The position numbers were made by a program, and so were the translations under genes. DNA of 64,000 bases from Octopus bimaculoides (Eukaryota), in contig NC_068993.1 in the NCBI RefSeq assembly GCF_001194135.2, positions 63,179,647 to 63,243,646 of the forward strand, given 5' to 3'. Numbering within the stretch: position 1 is the stretch's first letter; every line of letters begins with the position of its first letter. Under the pieces are notes generated by a model. It worked only from the letters and a program-made list of their open reading frames with translations. It did not search any database and was not told the DNA's origin. Below are positions 40,798 through 53,904 of the stretch, one piece after another.

Positions 40798-42035
40798 TCA
40801 TCTGTGACTCTCACTTTCTCTAGGTAAACGGGTGGTGGGAGAGGAGAAGGAAGACAAGCAGACTGTATTTCTCTAGACGGTTCTGGTTTCTGCTAGGTGT
40901 ATTGTCTATGTTACTGCTTATGTATTTTATTGTATTGCTATAATTTTATAGAAGTGTGTGTGTGTGTGTGAGTGCGCACATATATATGTATACAGAGAGA
41001 AAGAGAGAGAGAGAGGGTATTATGTCTACAGATGTGTATGTATACAATCTGTGAGTCAGTCTTTGTGTATGTTCTTTCTCTTCTACACTTGTAATGGCAT
41101 CAGTGTAATACATGTAAAGACCATCTTTAACCCGGCAGCTATGCACTGATTCACTGTCAATACATCTACTGTTTCTTACCTTACTAGTGTTTAATTAGTC
41201 ATTTTATTAATTACACTGACGACAAGATGATGGAAATAATTAAAAGAAAAATGGACAACTTTGTAGACTTTCTTTTTTGTTTTTGTTTTCTTCCTGTATT
41301 TCTTCTTTTATCAAAAAAATATCCTGCTTTTTTTCTTCCTTTCAGTTCATGTCTTTGTGCCTTTTCTACTTCAAACACTCTCATACCTTTCCAGGCCCTG
41401 TCGGAGGAGGAAGGGTCTATATCCATAACCATTGCAAATCTCATGGTTAACTTTACTTTTCATCTCTCTTGGCTCAATAAAATAAAGAACCAATGTTACA
41501 CAGGGTCGCTGGTATCGACTTATCTCCTCCTCATCCTTTAACATCTGCTTTCCATGCTGGCCTGGGTTGGACCTATATGTACATGTATTATTTGATTCTC
41601 TGTCTGAAGAATTTTTAATAGGAAATTTCTTACATGTCTGTCCAACATGTACCATTGTACATGATTTCTTACATGTTTCTCCTACATGTACAATTTTGTA
41701 ATTCCTATTAGCAAATGAAACATGTGTAATGGTGAATAAATAGCACCCAAAATTTTTCCAATCTCCTGTTTTGATACAAATGTGTATTGGCATTAGGAAG
41801 GGCATCCAGCCATAGAAACCATTCCACAACTGACAATTGGTGTCTGGACAGCTCCCCGGTTGGCCAGTACCATGTTGAACTATCCAACCCATACCAGCAT
41901 GGAAAACAAGCATTAAATGATGATGATGATATATTGTCTGTATTTCAGTAATTTGTGTTCATGTTTTCATATTTTAATGTAATAAATTCACTGGACCCTC
42001 TCACTGATCATTTGTTATTTTGTCTGTCGTTTCAG

Positions 42036-42300
42036 GTTACAAACTTCATACCTTCTATAAGTGCTGTTACTGGGATAACCCCTCAGAGATATTTATGGCG
42101 GATATGTATTGCGCTGCACTGTACACCCAGGTTTGCTGTTGCCTTCATGTATTTCAACATGTACAAAGGCTTCTTGCAAAGTATCAAGAAGGAACATCAA
42201 AACTTATTTCTGACTTTGATAAAGGTGAACTTTTGGTTGAACATTATGGAAAACTCAAGTCTTATTGGTGTCACATATATTTCTAATAAAGAAAACTACC
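42036..42300 (+). CDS. PGAP2: PGAP2-like (post-GPI attachment to proteins factor 2), first detected coding exon (internal, phase 0 to 1)
   Basis: Acceptor tttgtctgtcgtttcag|GTT and donor TACC|gtaagt. Translates VTNFIPSISAVTGITPQRYLWRICIALHCTPRFAVAFMYF...VNFWLNIMENSSLIGVTYISNKENY, matching the PGAP2 motifs NYLPSVS..G..PQRYVWR.CI.LH..PRF and NF.LN..EN..L...TY.SS.E recalled from vertebrate PGAP2. Confidence 0.93.
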
Positions 42301-42734
42301 GTAAGTATTAATCAATATGGCTTGTTTTTTATTGTTTTATTCTTTTGTTGTTTAATCCAAAGTCACCCTCAATCTTTCTTAAGATAGCAGGATGTGATAT
42401 GAGGGAGATTTGGCTACTCTCTTTAACAAGTCAAATGACTAAGCACATATATATACACATATATATACACATATATATACACACACGTGTGTGTTTGTGT
42501 GCATGCAAGCATGCATTTGTTTCCCACCCTACTGACTGATAACCAGTGTTGGTTTGTTTATGTCCCCATGAAATAAATTAGTGGTTTGGCAAAAAGAGGC
42601 CAACACTAATTACTAGATTATATGACAGGTTAATGTTTTTGATATTATGCAAAATAAACGAGTTGTATAAATTCACAGATAAATAAAAGCAAAAATAAAA
42701 TTAGAAAGAATTATTATTATTATTATTATTATTA

Positions 42735-42933
42735 GCATGAGACCAGCAATTTTCAGGGGAGGAGGTAAATCATGTTGACTCCAGTATTTAACTGGTACTT
42801 TACCTTATTGATTCTGAAAAGATGAAAAGCAGAGGTGACCTCAACAGGATTTGAACTCAAAACAAAAAGAGTCAGAAGAAATGCTGCTTAGCATTTTGTC
42901 TGATGTGCTGGACAATTCTGCAAGCTTGGCACC

Positions 42934-42973
<40 letters not shown>

Positions 42974-43150
42974 TGATACTCTTTAATAATGGTTTCAAAT
43001 GGCTCGAGGCCAATGGTTTCAGGGGAGGAGGTGAGTTGGTTACATTGACCCCCATTGTTCAACTGGTACTTATTTTATTGACAGCAAAAGGATGAAAGGC
43101 AAAGTCGAACTCAGCAGAATTTGAACTCAGAGTTTGCCAACTCACTGCCC
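42735..43150 (-). mobile_element. Two family-A SINEs in minus orientation just upstream of exon 43258
   Basis: Reverse-complement signature actggtactt...gatgaaaggcaaagtcgaac..agaatttgaactcag twice, with (ATA)n tails. Confidence 0.85.
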
Positions 43151-43257
43151 TAATAATAATAATAATAATAAAAAATAATAATAATGTTGACGATGATAAT
43201 AAAACTGTTATTGTAATATATCTCTGCTCTGGCACTGTTTTATATTAATATTTTCAG

Positions 43258-43361
43258 CCATCCATGAGAAAATATTCATCGTGTTTATGGCGACCTCCTT
43301 ATGTTACATGTTATTAAACACTATCCTGTTCCGCTGGACCAGAGATAAGGTCACTGAAGCA
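43258..43361 (+). CDS. PGAP2: PGAP2-like coding exon (104 nt, phase 1 to 0)
   Basis: Acceptor atattttcag|CC and donor GCA|gtaagt. In frame with the previous exon: (P)IHEKIFIVFMATSLCYMLLNTILFRWTRDKVTEA, matching PGAP2 IHENAFIVFIASSL.HMLL. Confidence 0.92.
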
Positions 43362-43455
43362 GTAAGTATTATTTATGCATATTATACTCAATGTTCTGTG
43401 TGTGTGATTGTGTGTGTTTGGCTTCATCTACATATGTGTTTATGCATTTGCTGTG

Positions 43456-43488
<33 letters not shown>

Positions 43489-43509
43489 GTATGTATATGT
43501 ATATATATG

Positions 43510-43565
<56 letters not shown>

Positions 43566-44289
43566 AGTAGGTGGATGCATGTGTGAATATGTGTATGGAC
43601 ATGCATCATCATCTTCATTTAGCGTCTATTTTCCATGCTGGCATCAGCTGGACAGTTTGACTGTAAACTGGCAAACTGTGGAGTTGTACCAAGTTCCAAT
43701 CTGATTTGTCACGGTTCCTGTGGCTGGATGCCCTTCCTAACGCCAACCACGTCAAGAGTGTAGTATTAAAAGAATATTCTTAAACCTGTGTTCTTATGTT
43801 CTGTTACAGATTGTTTTTTTTTGGGGGGGGGGGCTTTGCCAGGGGGACTGGCTTTTGCTAAATCCTCAAAAAGTTTCTCAATTAAATTGACTTCAGAAAT
43901 ACATTTGTGACATTGGTAGAGATTTTGATAACCAGTTCTGCTAGGATTAATAGTCAATTCTGGTAGATCAATAACTAATTCTGTTGGGACTGACAACCGA
44001 TTCTGCTGGCATCAATTCTGTGGAATTGACCACCAACTACAATTCAGCTTTGATCTCTTAAACCTGTTGAGATGTTCTTTAATTGTTTTAGTATTTGGAC
44101 AGGAGCCATGCTTTGGCACCATCTTCAATTTCCTCAGCTCCAGTACTTATTTCACTCTGCTACTTATTTTATCACTTTGCTGACCACTACTATTATACTG
44201 GACACTTAGCCATATTGAAGGTTGTATTCTGCACACTAGTAGAGGACAAAGACCACTTAAACGTATTTATATTATTGGCTACAGCACAT

Positions 44290-44455
44290 AACATGGACTC
44301 AAAGACTAGCGAACATTCCTCCTGGGAAAGGAGCAATTTCCTTTTTGGTCATGTGCTCATACCATGTGATGTTTTGGGCTCTAATGTGAAGCCTCGTGTA
44401 GATACCATCAAGGCAATCTTGATAGTCTTTCTTCATACCTCATCAAGTCTCTAAC
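44290..44455 (-). mobile_element. RTE-clade LINE ORF2 C-terminal fragment in a PGAP2 intron
   Basis: Reverse strand DCLDGIYTRLHIRAQNITWYEHMTKKEI resembles RTE LDG.YTRMLR.ALN.SW..HMTN.EL. Confidence 0.65.
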
Positions 44456-44684
44456 TGTATTGTACATTATATATATATATATATCTGTAATGTTTTTTTA
44501 TTATATATTACAGATATATTTATTATTTATATATTTATTATAATTATCATCATTTAACATTTGTTGTCCATTTTGGCATGGGTTGGATGGTTTGGCCAAA
44601 GCTGGTAAGCTTTGTTTTTACAGCTGGATAGCCTTCGTATATATATATATATATATATATACTAGTTAAAGAATAGTATTTATG

Positions 44685-44739
<55 letters not shown>

Positions 44740-45369
44740 ACTTACTAAAATGTACGATAAAGTCATCAACTTTATGGATATGAATATGTACAATAACTGT
44801 TTAATGCTCAGTTTACTCCTGATAAAACTGTGTTTGTGAGGCTACTTTATGTATCACAAGTGCTGAAGAACAGAAATATTCTGGGATGAAACATTCAAAA
44901 GATTAATTATTGAAAGATAAGATAGTTTTTTGTTTTTTTTCTTGAATTACATTAAAGTAAGAAGGGTATTCGAAATAAAACAAAAGTTACTGATGAACAT
45001 AAAATAAATGCAGCAAGTATCAGATAAAGCTAATCTGATTAGATAACCATTTTGTGCACATGTGCGTGTGTGTGTGAGAGACAGAGAAAGAGAGAGATAA
45101 TTTATGGGTGTGTAAAATTCTTATTAATGACACAGTGAAAATATGATTACATCAATAAATCATTTTTTTTTAACAAGTGCAAAATCATGCAATAATTCAT
45201 ATAACTTCTACTCTACGTATTGATTTTATATAGATATATATAGACAGATAAATATTCATAGCTATATGTTTATGTATGTGTGTGTGAGTGTGTTTGTGTG
45301 TGTGTATTTATAAATTTATACATATACATTTTTAAATATATTATATTATTTTTATCCCATGACTGCACT

Positions 45370-45405
<36 letters not shown>

Positions 45406-45417
45406 TACACACACACA

Positions 45418-45670
45418 TACAGGGTGCAGTGAATAAATTGTTGTCTAAATTATGCAAAAATGGAAATAACACTGACATCTCATTTTAACAGATATATTTA
45501 CCAAAATTTCATAAAAATATCTTGAAATACTAAAGAGTAAATTTATTCAATAAAATCGCCACTGGCTTCAACCACAGCCACCAGACAACTTTGGAATCTC
45601 CTTCAACTCTTCTTGATGGTCTCCTTGTTTAAGTTGGTGGATGCTGCCATAATCCTTGCCTTCAGTGACA
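45418..45670 (-). mobile_element. Tc1/mariner (maT/DD37D-like) 3' remnant with probable terminal TIR
   Basis: Reverse strand LKARIMAASTNLNKETIKKS*RRFQSCLVAVVEASGDFIE*, a typical maT C-terminus (RF.SRLEAVVEA.G.FIE). Element edge is TA+cagggtgcagtgaataaattg at 45418. Confidence 0.75.
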
Positions 45671-48572
45671 AGGTGTGTTTGGTTGGGCCCTAGGGGCAGA
45701 AGAAATGAAAGGGAGGCTGGGTAGAGTTAGCAAAAATTCCTGCCAACACCTTGGCACATGACCAATTAACTGTACATCAAGATTTTATTGGTTGCCAAAA
45801 AATCTGTTAGAAAATGTGTTTATTCAATTGTGATACACTGAGTGTCTCATAGTTTCATCTATTCACAAGTAAAGACACCCTCCATTTTCAGTATCATTTG
45901 TGTAACACACATAATCAAGGAAAGTGGCTATTGTTGATGGAGGTTTTGTGTGGATGAATAAATGAATGCTTTTTTAAAAATTTAATGACTATTATATGTA
46001 GGAAATAAACTGTTTTTGGTGGTTACTTGTTGGAAACTCCTCAATGAATTGTGTTTTAAGAATTCACCAATTTGAATCTTTTGTTCAAATTTATAAAAGG
46101 TTGTAATAAAATGTTATACTTCCCCAAAGAGCTTGAGATCTCATTCATCAAAACATCGAGTGTTTTCACACATGAATAGATGAGGTTGTAGTTACAGGTG
46201 CAGGCATAGCTGTGTGACTTTTCTACAATAGCCCAGGGCTAACCAAAGCCTTGTGAGTGGATTTGGTAAACAGAAACTGAAAGAAGCCTGTTGTGTGTGT
46301 GTGTGTGTGTGTGTGTATCTTTGTCTTGACATCACATGGTTGTTGTAAATGAATATCATTCCTTTCCAATATTCTGTGAAAACACGTCTGTCCATAGGAA
46401 AATATTACCTTGCTTGGAATAAACTTCAGTGACAAGGACATCCAGCTGTAGAAAATTTACCTCAACAAAAATTATTGCATTGCTCTCTTTTACCAAAATG
46501 CTAGGTGATAGTGATATAAACAAACCAACACTGGTTTCCGGTGCAGCCAAAGCCTTGTAAGTGGATTTGATAGACTGAAAGAAGCTCATTGTATGTGTGT
46601 GTGTGTGTGTTTGTGACCCACCACCGCTTGACAACTGGTGTTGGTTTGTTTACATCCGTGCAATTTAATAGTTCAGCCAAAGAGACAGAGAGAATATGTA
46701 CCAGGCTTAAAAATAAGTCCTGGGGTCAATTTATTCGACTAAAATCCTTCAAGGCAGTGCCCCAGCATGGCCACAGTTCAAATGATTGAAACAAGTAAAA
46801 GATGAGAAATATTACATAATTCTTCTGATCATAGCACTCACACACACACACACACACATATGCGTGTGCGCACACACACACACACACATGTGTGTGCGCA
46901 CACACACACACATGCGCATTATCAAATCTCTCTTCTCATTTGTCATCTAATTCCAAATTCACTCTCACCAACTTAGTCTAATGCTCATTTTTATCATGTA
47001 ATAATTTATCTTTTCTATAATCTGATAAGCTGCGTCTTTTTTTTTAAACATTTTAATATAAATTTTAGTTGGTTATTTTACAGGTTTTTTAAAATTCAAA
47101 TATAGTTTTATTCACTCATCTTTTATTTAGCTTATAATGCTGATACTGTAAATTATCATAATCATTATTATCAACAGCATCATTATCATCATCATCATCA
47201 TCATCTATTATCGTCATTTATTATTATTATTATTTGCTTAGTTACAAACCTGTAAACTGCTAACATCTCCCTTACTTCAGCTGACTATCAGAAACTCGTT
47301 AGTTTATTAGACTTTTTGTGTCATTTTTTTTTTTGTTTTTTTGCTATTTTATATTTTAGCATTAAAAAAATATTTTAAACAAAAAAAATGAAAATATCTT
47401 TTAACTGATAAAAGCTTCTTAGTATTAATTGTAAATCTAAGTGTGTGTGTGGTGGAACGGAGAAACCTTGGTACACTTTCATTTGTAAATGGAATCTTAC
47501 ATTAATTCTTGTGGAACATGTCAGTCTTATGCAATAGTTCCTTCTCATCTTAATGGAATATGTTGTCAAATACTCCATGCACATGTGGAGAAAAAAAAAT
47601 TGTCAAGATTTAGAAACATACACTCACTCACTCGCACACACTCACTCGCACACACCCACACACACACAGACACACACACCCACACACACACAGACACACA
47701 CGTCATGGTGCTTTTCAAAGTTATCATGCCCTCATAAGTGGATGTTGTTTATGGTCCCTACTCAAAGAAGCAGTGGAACAAGAATATTCTGTGTTACTAT
47801 TAGAAATCCTTTTAAGGCAATGAACTGGAAGAATTGTTGACAAAATACTTGGCAGCATTTCTTCTGGCATTCTACGTCTGTGGGAAAGCTCATTTCAAAT
47901 AAAAGGGATCCTTGGTAGGGAAAAGGTTGGGAACCACTGGTCTAGACCAAGAAAGTGCTTTCAGCCCACAAACTGGTTTTATGGCTAGGCTCCAAAATTG
48001 CGTATACTATAATAGTTGTCTTTGTATAACCCCAGGCCAAACTTGGTTGTGCACACCTATGATTGAAGGTGCAGTTGCTGCTGCTGCGTTAGAGTATTTA
48101 TAAGGGAGTAGGGCCATAGCAACTGGATGCACAATGTCATTCTAGAATCCCTCTCAGAAGATGACATGGTCCACCTTTGATTATTGGTCAACATGACCAG
48201 AGTTAACTAAATGCCACCCATTCATAGCCAAGTGAAAAGAGTGAATGAGGAGTTCAGTGTCTTTTGCAAGGTCACTTGAACAATGTCGAGGATAGGATCT
48301 AAAAGTGAAGTGTCTTCAGCAAAGAAGCCAGATTTCTTAAATAAGATTTTAGCACATTATAACGGTTCATAGATTCCGTCCCCACCACCTCAGCAATAAT
48401 GTGGGAAATGGTTGAGAAGTAAAAAGGAAAACTGAAGGAAATATTGATTCTGTAATTTGAACCAATGCCATGACTTTTGACCTTGTAATGAATATATCTC
48501 TATATTATTTAAGTGTCTTCATTATCTCTGCCTCATGCGGTGCTTAGGAGGCAGAGAAATGAATTGCATAAG

Positions 48573-48618
<46 letters not shown>

Positions 48619-49204
48619 CACACACACACCAAATGCATTAATTTGCCCTGGGAAAATATTAGCATATGACTGTAATAAACGTAAATATTCACTTAAACAT
48701 TAGAATTCAAGGAAACTTGTGTTTTATGTTTTGGTATTGCAGTTTGGTGAAACTGAAAAATTGAATGTTTCAGGCATTTATCCCNNNNNNNNNNNNNNNN
48801 NNGAATAGTGGTTTTATTACCTGGCTGCAGAACTGTGTCTACTTTAATGGCTGTTATTGTTTAACCCCAGGCTGGTCTTGGTTGTGCTCACCTCTGATTA
48901 AAAGTGGTGTCTAACTGTGTTAAGGTATTATTCGAAGAGAGGTGGAGCAGTTGTAACAGACCTGGTTGTATAAAGAAGTTGGTTTCATAAGCCTGTGGTC
49001 ATTTGTTCAATGCCATTGCATAGCACCTCAGGTCAGTTTCTTCCACCACAGCCTTAGGTCAATCAATGCCTTATGAGAGAAATTTGGTGGATGGAAACTG
49101 TGTGGAAGCCCATGATATAAGTTTGATTACCTAGTGGTGTTTGTATTTCCAAAGGGAGCAGAATAAATCCCTAAATGAATTCCTTCAGCCATTTAATAAA
49201 CAGT

Positions 49205-49520
49205 GTGGCTTAGTGGTTAGGGTGTTCAGTTTGTGACTGCAACATCAGGAGTTCGATTCCCAGCAATGTGTTGTGTCCTTGAGCAAGACACTTTATTTCG
49301 TGTCGCTCCACTCCACTCGGCTGCTAAAAACGAGTTGTACCTGTTTTTCGAAGGGGCCAGCCTTGTCACATTCTGGGTCATGCTGAGTCTCCTTCAGAAC
49401 TACATTATGGGTATCTGTGTCTGTGGAGTGCTCAGCCACTTGCACATTAATTTCACGAGCAGGCTGTTCCATTGATCAGATCAAGTGGAACCCTCGTTGT
49501 TGTAACTGACAGAGTGCAAG
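49205..49520 (+). mobile_element. SINE with tRNA-like head, family D
   Basis: gtggcttagtggttagggtgttc...ggagttcgattcccag head, then ttgagcaagacactttatttc...gtgctcagccacttgcacattaatttcacgagcaggctgtt. Reverse-orientation copies at 2560-2810 and 25900-26170. Confidence 0.8.
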
Positions 49521-49771
49521 GGTTTTTTGGGTTTTTTTTTTTAAACAGAGGTCAATAACAGGGGTCCTGGGATGTTTATATAATTGATTTAAATCCAATG
49601 AATGAAGCCAATAATATATTGAGGACTACATTATCTAGTGTAGGATGCAGTCATGGCTGAGTGATGAAGAAGTTTTCTCCTCTCACCATGATGTCCAGGG
49701 TTCCATCCCACTGCATGGCGTCTTGGATGAATGTTTGATTATAGTCTTGAGTCAACCTTTATCTTCTAAGT

Positions 49772-50146
49772 CAGTGGTTCTCCACCAGGTTTCATATGGT
49801 CTCTGGGGTCCATTCAAGATTTTGGTGGTCCACACAAGTAAAATAGTAAATCAGGGATCCACAGTATTATTTTAAGGGTCCATGAAAAGACTTTGCTTTA
49901 GATGTATTTACTGCAAGGAACCAGCTGGGTTTCTTTCTCAGTTCAACAGTCGAATGATTGAACCAAGTAAAATGTGTTTCTTGCCAACATCTGCAAAAGT
50001 GAATGTTTGAAAAACAAAGTATGAATTCTGAAAGAAGTACCCATAAAACAGGTTTTTAAAACATTGAATGGCTATGGAGTGGGGGTCCACCAGCATAAAA
50101 TAGTAATCAAAGGGATCCATAGGTAAAAAATGGTTGAGAACCACTG
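49772..50146. mobile_element. hAT (Charlie-like) MITE
   Basis: TIRs cagtggttctccacc ... ggttgagaaccactg. Flanking 8-mers ttctaagt / gtctaaat match 6/8, consistent with a decayed NTCTAGAN-type target site duplication. Confidence 0.8.
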
Positions 50147-50379
50147 GTCTAAATGAATTTGGGTAGATGGAAACTGTACAGAGTCCTTCCAGATGGATTG
50201 TACATGTAATTCAAAGGTTCAGCCTTGAAAACTACAGGAGGAGTAGACATGTCTGCAGAATACTCTCGGCTGCTTGGTAATAATAGTTCAATGATTGTCT
50301 CTCATTAATCAAGCAGTTGGACACCCATTTCCTGAAGATCAGCCATCTTTTCATGTTTCTTTCCTCTTTGATAGTAAGG

Positions 50380-50660
50380 CATAATTTAAGGGAGTTTGGC
50401 AGCTAATTCTAACAAACCAGGTGTTCTGCATCCAAGTTTCTTTGTTGGTTCATTGTATGGTTTGGTTTTTGTGTAGCCCCAGATCAACTTTAATCAAAAA
50501 GGATTCCAGCCATGACCATTCCACCTTTTTTTTTTTGTCTTTTTGTCAGACATGATATACCTAGGACTACAGTGTTTAATGTATCATTTCTTTAAAGTAG
50601 ATCAGTGATTTGAGGCAAATTCAGCTGTTATTTCTAGCAGGTCAAGTGACCATGTTACAG
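50380..50660. mobile_element. Interspersed repeat, family E
   Basis: Motifs ccagccatgaccattcc, cctaggactacagtgt and gctgttatttctagcaggtcaagtgacc. Related copies at about 1370, 8560, 9440, 19190-19660, 24560, 32480, 34700, 36745, 42360. Confidence 0.65.
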
Positions 50661-51688
50661 TTACCTTGTTTGATTTATTTTTCACTTTGTTCAAGTTGTT
50701 CTAATAGTGGTAGATTTATTTATTTATTTATTTATTCCTAATTTTGTTTTCGGTCTTTTTTCACTCTTGGCATGAAGCCAAACTAGCTTTTTCTTTTTGC
50801 CAAGTGTCCGAAGCAGGAGGAAGGGATGGTGTTATTTTTTTTTTATTATTTGACTTTTGCATTCTGTAAATTTTGGAGGGGATCCCAGATAAAAATCTCT
50901 CCTCGCATCACAATTAATTCTCTTGTTTGACCTTCAACAGAGTCATATTAAATACAAACACACACACACAAATTTGTTTCCTCATACCTAAACTTGCTGA
51001 TTAAGATACTCCGTTGTAATGGAGGTTTTGAAGCTTTTCTGAGTTCTCTCTGAAAAGCCTCAATAGGTAAAACTTCTAAGTAAATGTCTGCCTTCAATTT
51101 ATACATAAAGACAAATTAGATAGAGAACACTTTATACATATATATAAAATAATAAATGCCAAAACGAATTTCTGTGTGTCAGTGTGTCACACTTCTACAA
51201 TTTCTCTTACTGAGGTGAGAGTAATAGTATGACCTGTAGTTGTGATAGAGATGGAGGCGATGGTGGTGGTGGTAGCCGAGGCAGTCAGGGATGACAGTGA
51301 TAGTAAGCGATGTGAAAGACAGTGGTGATGGTGGTGGAGGGGAAGGCGGCAAAGTCAAAGGTATTGATGGTGGTGGCATCAGAAGTCTGAATAGTGTGTG
51401 TATGGCAGTTGCAGTGGTGTTGGTGCTGATGATGGTGATGGTTGAAAACAATCAACAGAAAAAGAGGCCAGACAGAAAAATAATTGTACTGACCCCTGAG
51501 TGGGAAGACAAAAAATGCTGTTTATTATGCAGCTTTGCAGTAAGTTCCAAGTTAACAAATTATTGGTTAAGTTTAATAAAATTTAATATGTATTCAATGC
51601 ATGAAGTATCATTATTGGGTCCAAGGCCCAATGAAGACCCCTCCACAGGACGTAGGTTCAAAGCCACTCGACAGGGCAACTTTTAAGC

Positions 51689-51726
<38 letters not shown>

Positions 51727-52624
51727 ATAAGACTTCAATTAAGACTTAGGAGTTTAAGTTCACATCATTTGAGCACTACAGTATGTTTTATATATTGTGC
51801 TTCTCTAAATTTCAACTTAACACGCATGTTGATGCATGCCTTCATTTCATCATGGAATTTTTCATTATATATTTAAACTTTTTCAGCCTAAAAAAACAAG
51901 CAATACCTGTGCCTGGAACTTCTTAACGTGAGAAAGGACTGTGCATGGGACCAATCCCACTGCTCTCAGCAATGTATGCATTTGCCCAAACAGAAGAACC
52001 AGACTACATCATTAGATGCGAAGTTGCTGGAGTCACACCAGCATTTTCCTTCTCCTACAGAGATGCCTAAACAAAGATTAAGGGTCTCTCATTCTCAGCA
52101 CTTGGATGGCCATTGACTTTTCTGAATTCGTCAGCGTTTTGACAGGTTTTTGTCTTCTGTCCTGCAAGGTGTCCATTCTCTTTACCAAGCAAATTTGGTA
52201 AGGTTGTTGGTTTAGTAACCAACAGCCCAAACATGCAACAGGTTGTACCCTTAAATAACATGACATAACATACATGCACGCACACACACACACACACACA
52301 CACAAATTAAGGTGAAACGAAAGTGGTCAATATGTTGGAGTTTTCTCAATCTATAGATCACGAGTTTACATCTGTAGTGTATCTCTTAACAAGAAGAACA
52401 CTTCATGGCCCAGGTTCATGCTGCACTGTGCCAAGATCTGCAGATGTTATCTGTAATCATTGGTAGCATTCTCAATGTACCACACAGTGAGATAGAATTT
52501 GAAACCTCACATTAATGAAGCAAGCCCTGTAGGCTTACAATCATGCCTGTGCCTATGTATATATGGAGAGAGAAAGCGAGAGAGAGAGGAACATAGACAA
52601 ATAGATAGATAGAAATAAATAAAA

Positions 52625-52710
52625 AGGGAAAGTGGGCATTAAACGATGATAGATAGATAGATAGACAGATAGACAGACAGATAGATAGATAGATAGATAG
52701 ATAGATATGT
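52625..52710. repeat. (GATA/GACA)n tetranucleotide repeat
   Basis: gatagatagatag...gacagacag read directly. Confidence 0.95.
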
Positions 52711-52887
52711 CATGATCATTTAGTATAATGTACGTGTTTGTATATATATNNNNNNNNNNNNNNNNNNNNNNNNNNNNNNNNNNNNNNNNNNNNNNNNNNN
52801 NNNNNNNNNNNNNNNNNNNNNNNNNNNNNNNNNNNNNNNNNNNNNNNNNNNNNNNNNNNNNNNNNNNNNNNNNNNNNNNNNNNNNNN

Positions 52888-52919
<32 letters not shown>

Positions 52920-53042
52920 TATACACACACACACTCATACATGTGTGTGTGTATACATATGTATATATATGTAGGTATGTACAGTGCTTGTAAACTGTTT
53001 TAACCAAATATAACCTGTTTTTTTAATTCTTCTTCCTTTCAG

Positions 53043-53151
53043 GATGAGAAATCTTTCAAGTGGAAAGTGCTGATGTTTTGCAGTATAATGGTTGCTACTG
53101 CTGGTCTCTTGTTTTTCTTTGTGAAGCACCGTTTTCACTGCGAACCTTTAG
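53043..53151 (+). CDS. PGAP2: PGAP2-like coding exon (109 nt, phase 0 to 1)
   Basis: Acceptor ttcttcttcctttcag|GAT and donor TTAG|gtaaaa. DEKSFKWKVLMFCSIMVATAGLLFFFVKHRFHCEPL matches PGAP2 DRKSYSWK....YFRHN.YCE. Confidence 0.9.
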
Positions 53152-53162
53152 GTAAAAAATAT

Positions 53163-53208
<46 letters not shown>

Positions 53209-53819
53209 TTCTGTTATTTAATCAATCTTTCTGCTTCATTTTGCTTTTTCTCTTATTCTCTTATTATGCAATTTTTAATATATATATTCTGAATTTTATT
53301 ACTTTTCACTCTTTGTTTGACTTTTTATAATTTGTTAGCCTATCTTTTTCGGTTTTATTTTTCTTGTGGGTGTGGGGGTGAGGTGGGGTGAATTGATTTT
53401 ATTTCATTCATTGTGTTAATTTTTTTGCTTCTTTCTGTCTTTATTTCTTTCCTTTTCTCTCTCTTATTTTATGTGATTGTATGTGTGTACATACGTTTGT
53501 GTATTTATATATACACACACACACATGCACACACTTACTTGCCATTGCTCAATCTACAAACAAGCATATCTTCGTATCCTATTGTCCATAGTTTATCCCA
53601 TTGAGCTTGATTGAACTTTGAACAAAACTAGTTTTCTGTGTCACTTCTGCTCTTGTTGCTCTCTGCTTTATAAGCTTTACATTCAAATCCTGCTTGGGAA
53701 CATACCTTTTATTTCTCTCATGGGTCAAAATGAAGGAATAACCAGTTTTCTCTTTCTTTGTCACTTACTTTCTGGCATCAATAATCTCAACACCAACAAC
53801 AGTTTTCTTCAAAACCTAG

Positions 53820-53865
<46 letters not shown>

Positions 53866-53904
53866 CCAACACCACCATCACCATCACCATCATCATCATT
53901 ATAA

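Noticed and set aside
43766-43996. Minus ORF with YQCHKC and PPPKKKQ (zinc-finger- and NLS-like)
   Set aside because: PPPKKK comes from poly-G/poly-T runs. There is no second Cys/His pair and no supporting splice structure.
51179-51686. Gly/Val- and Pro/Thr-rich ORFs
   Set aside because: Derived from a degenerate (GGT/GAT)n tract.
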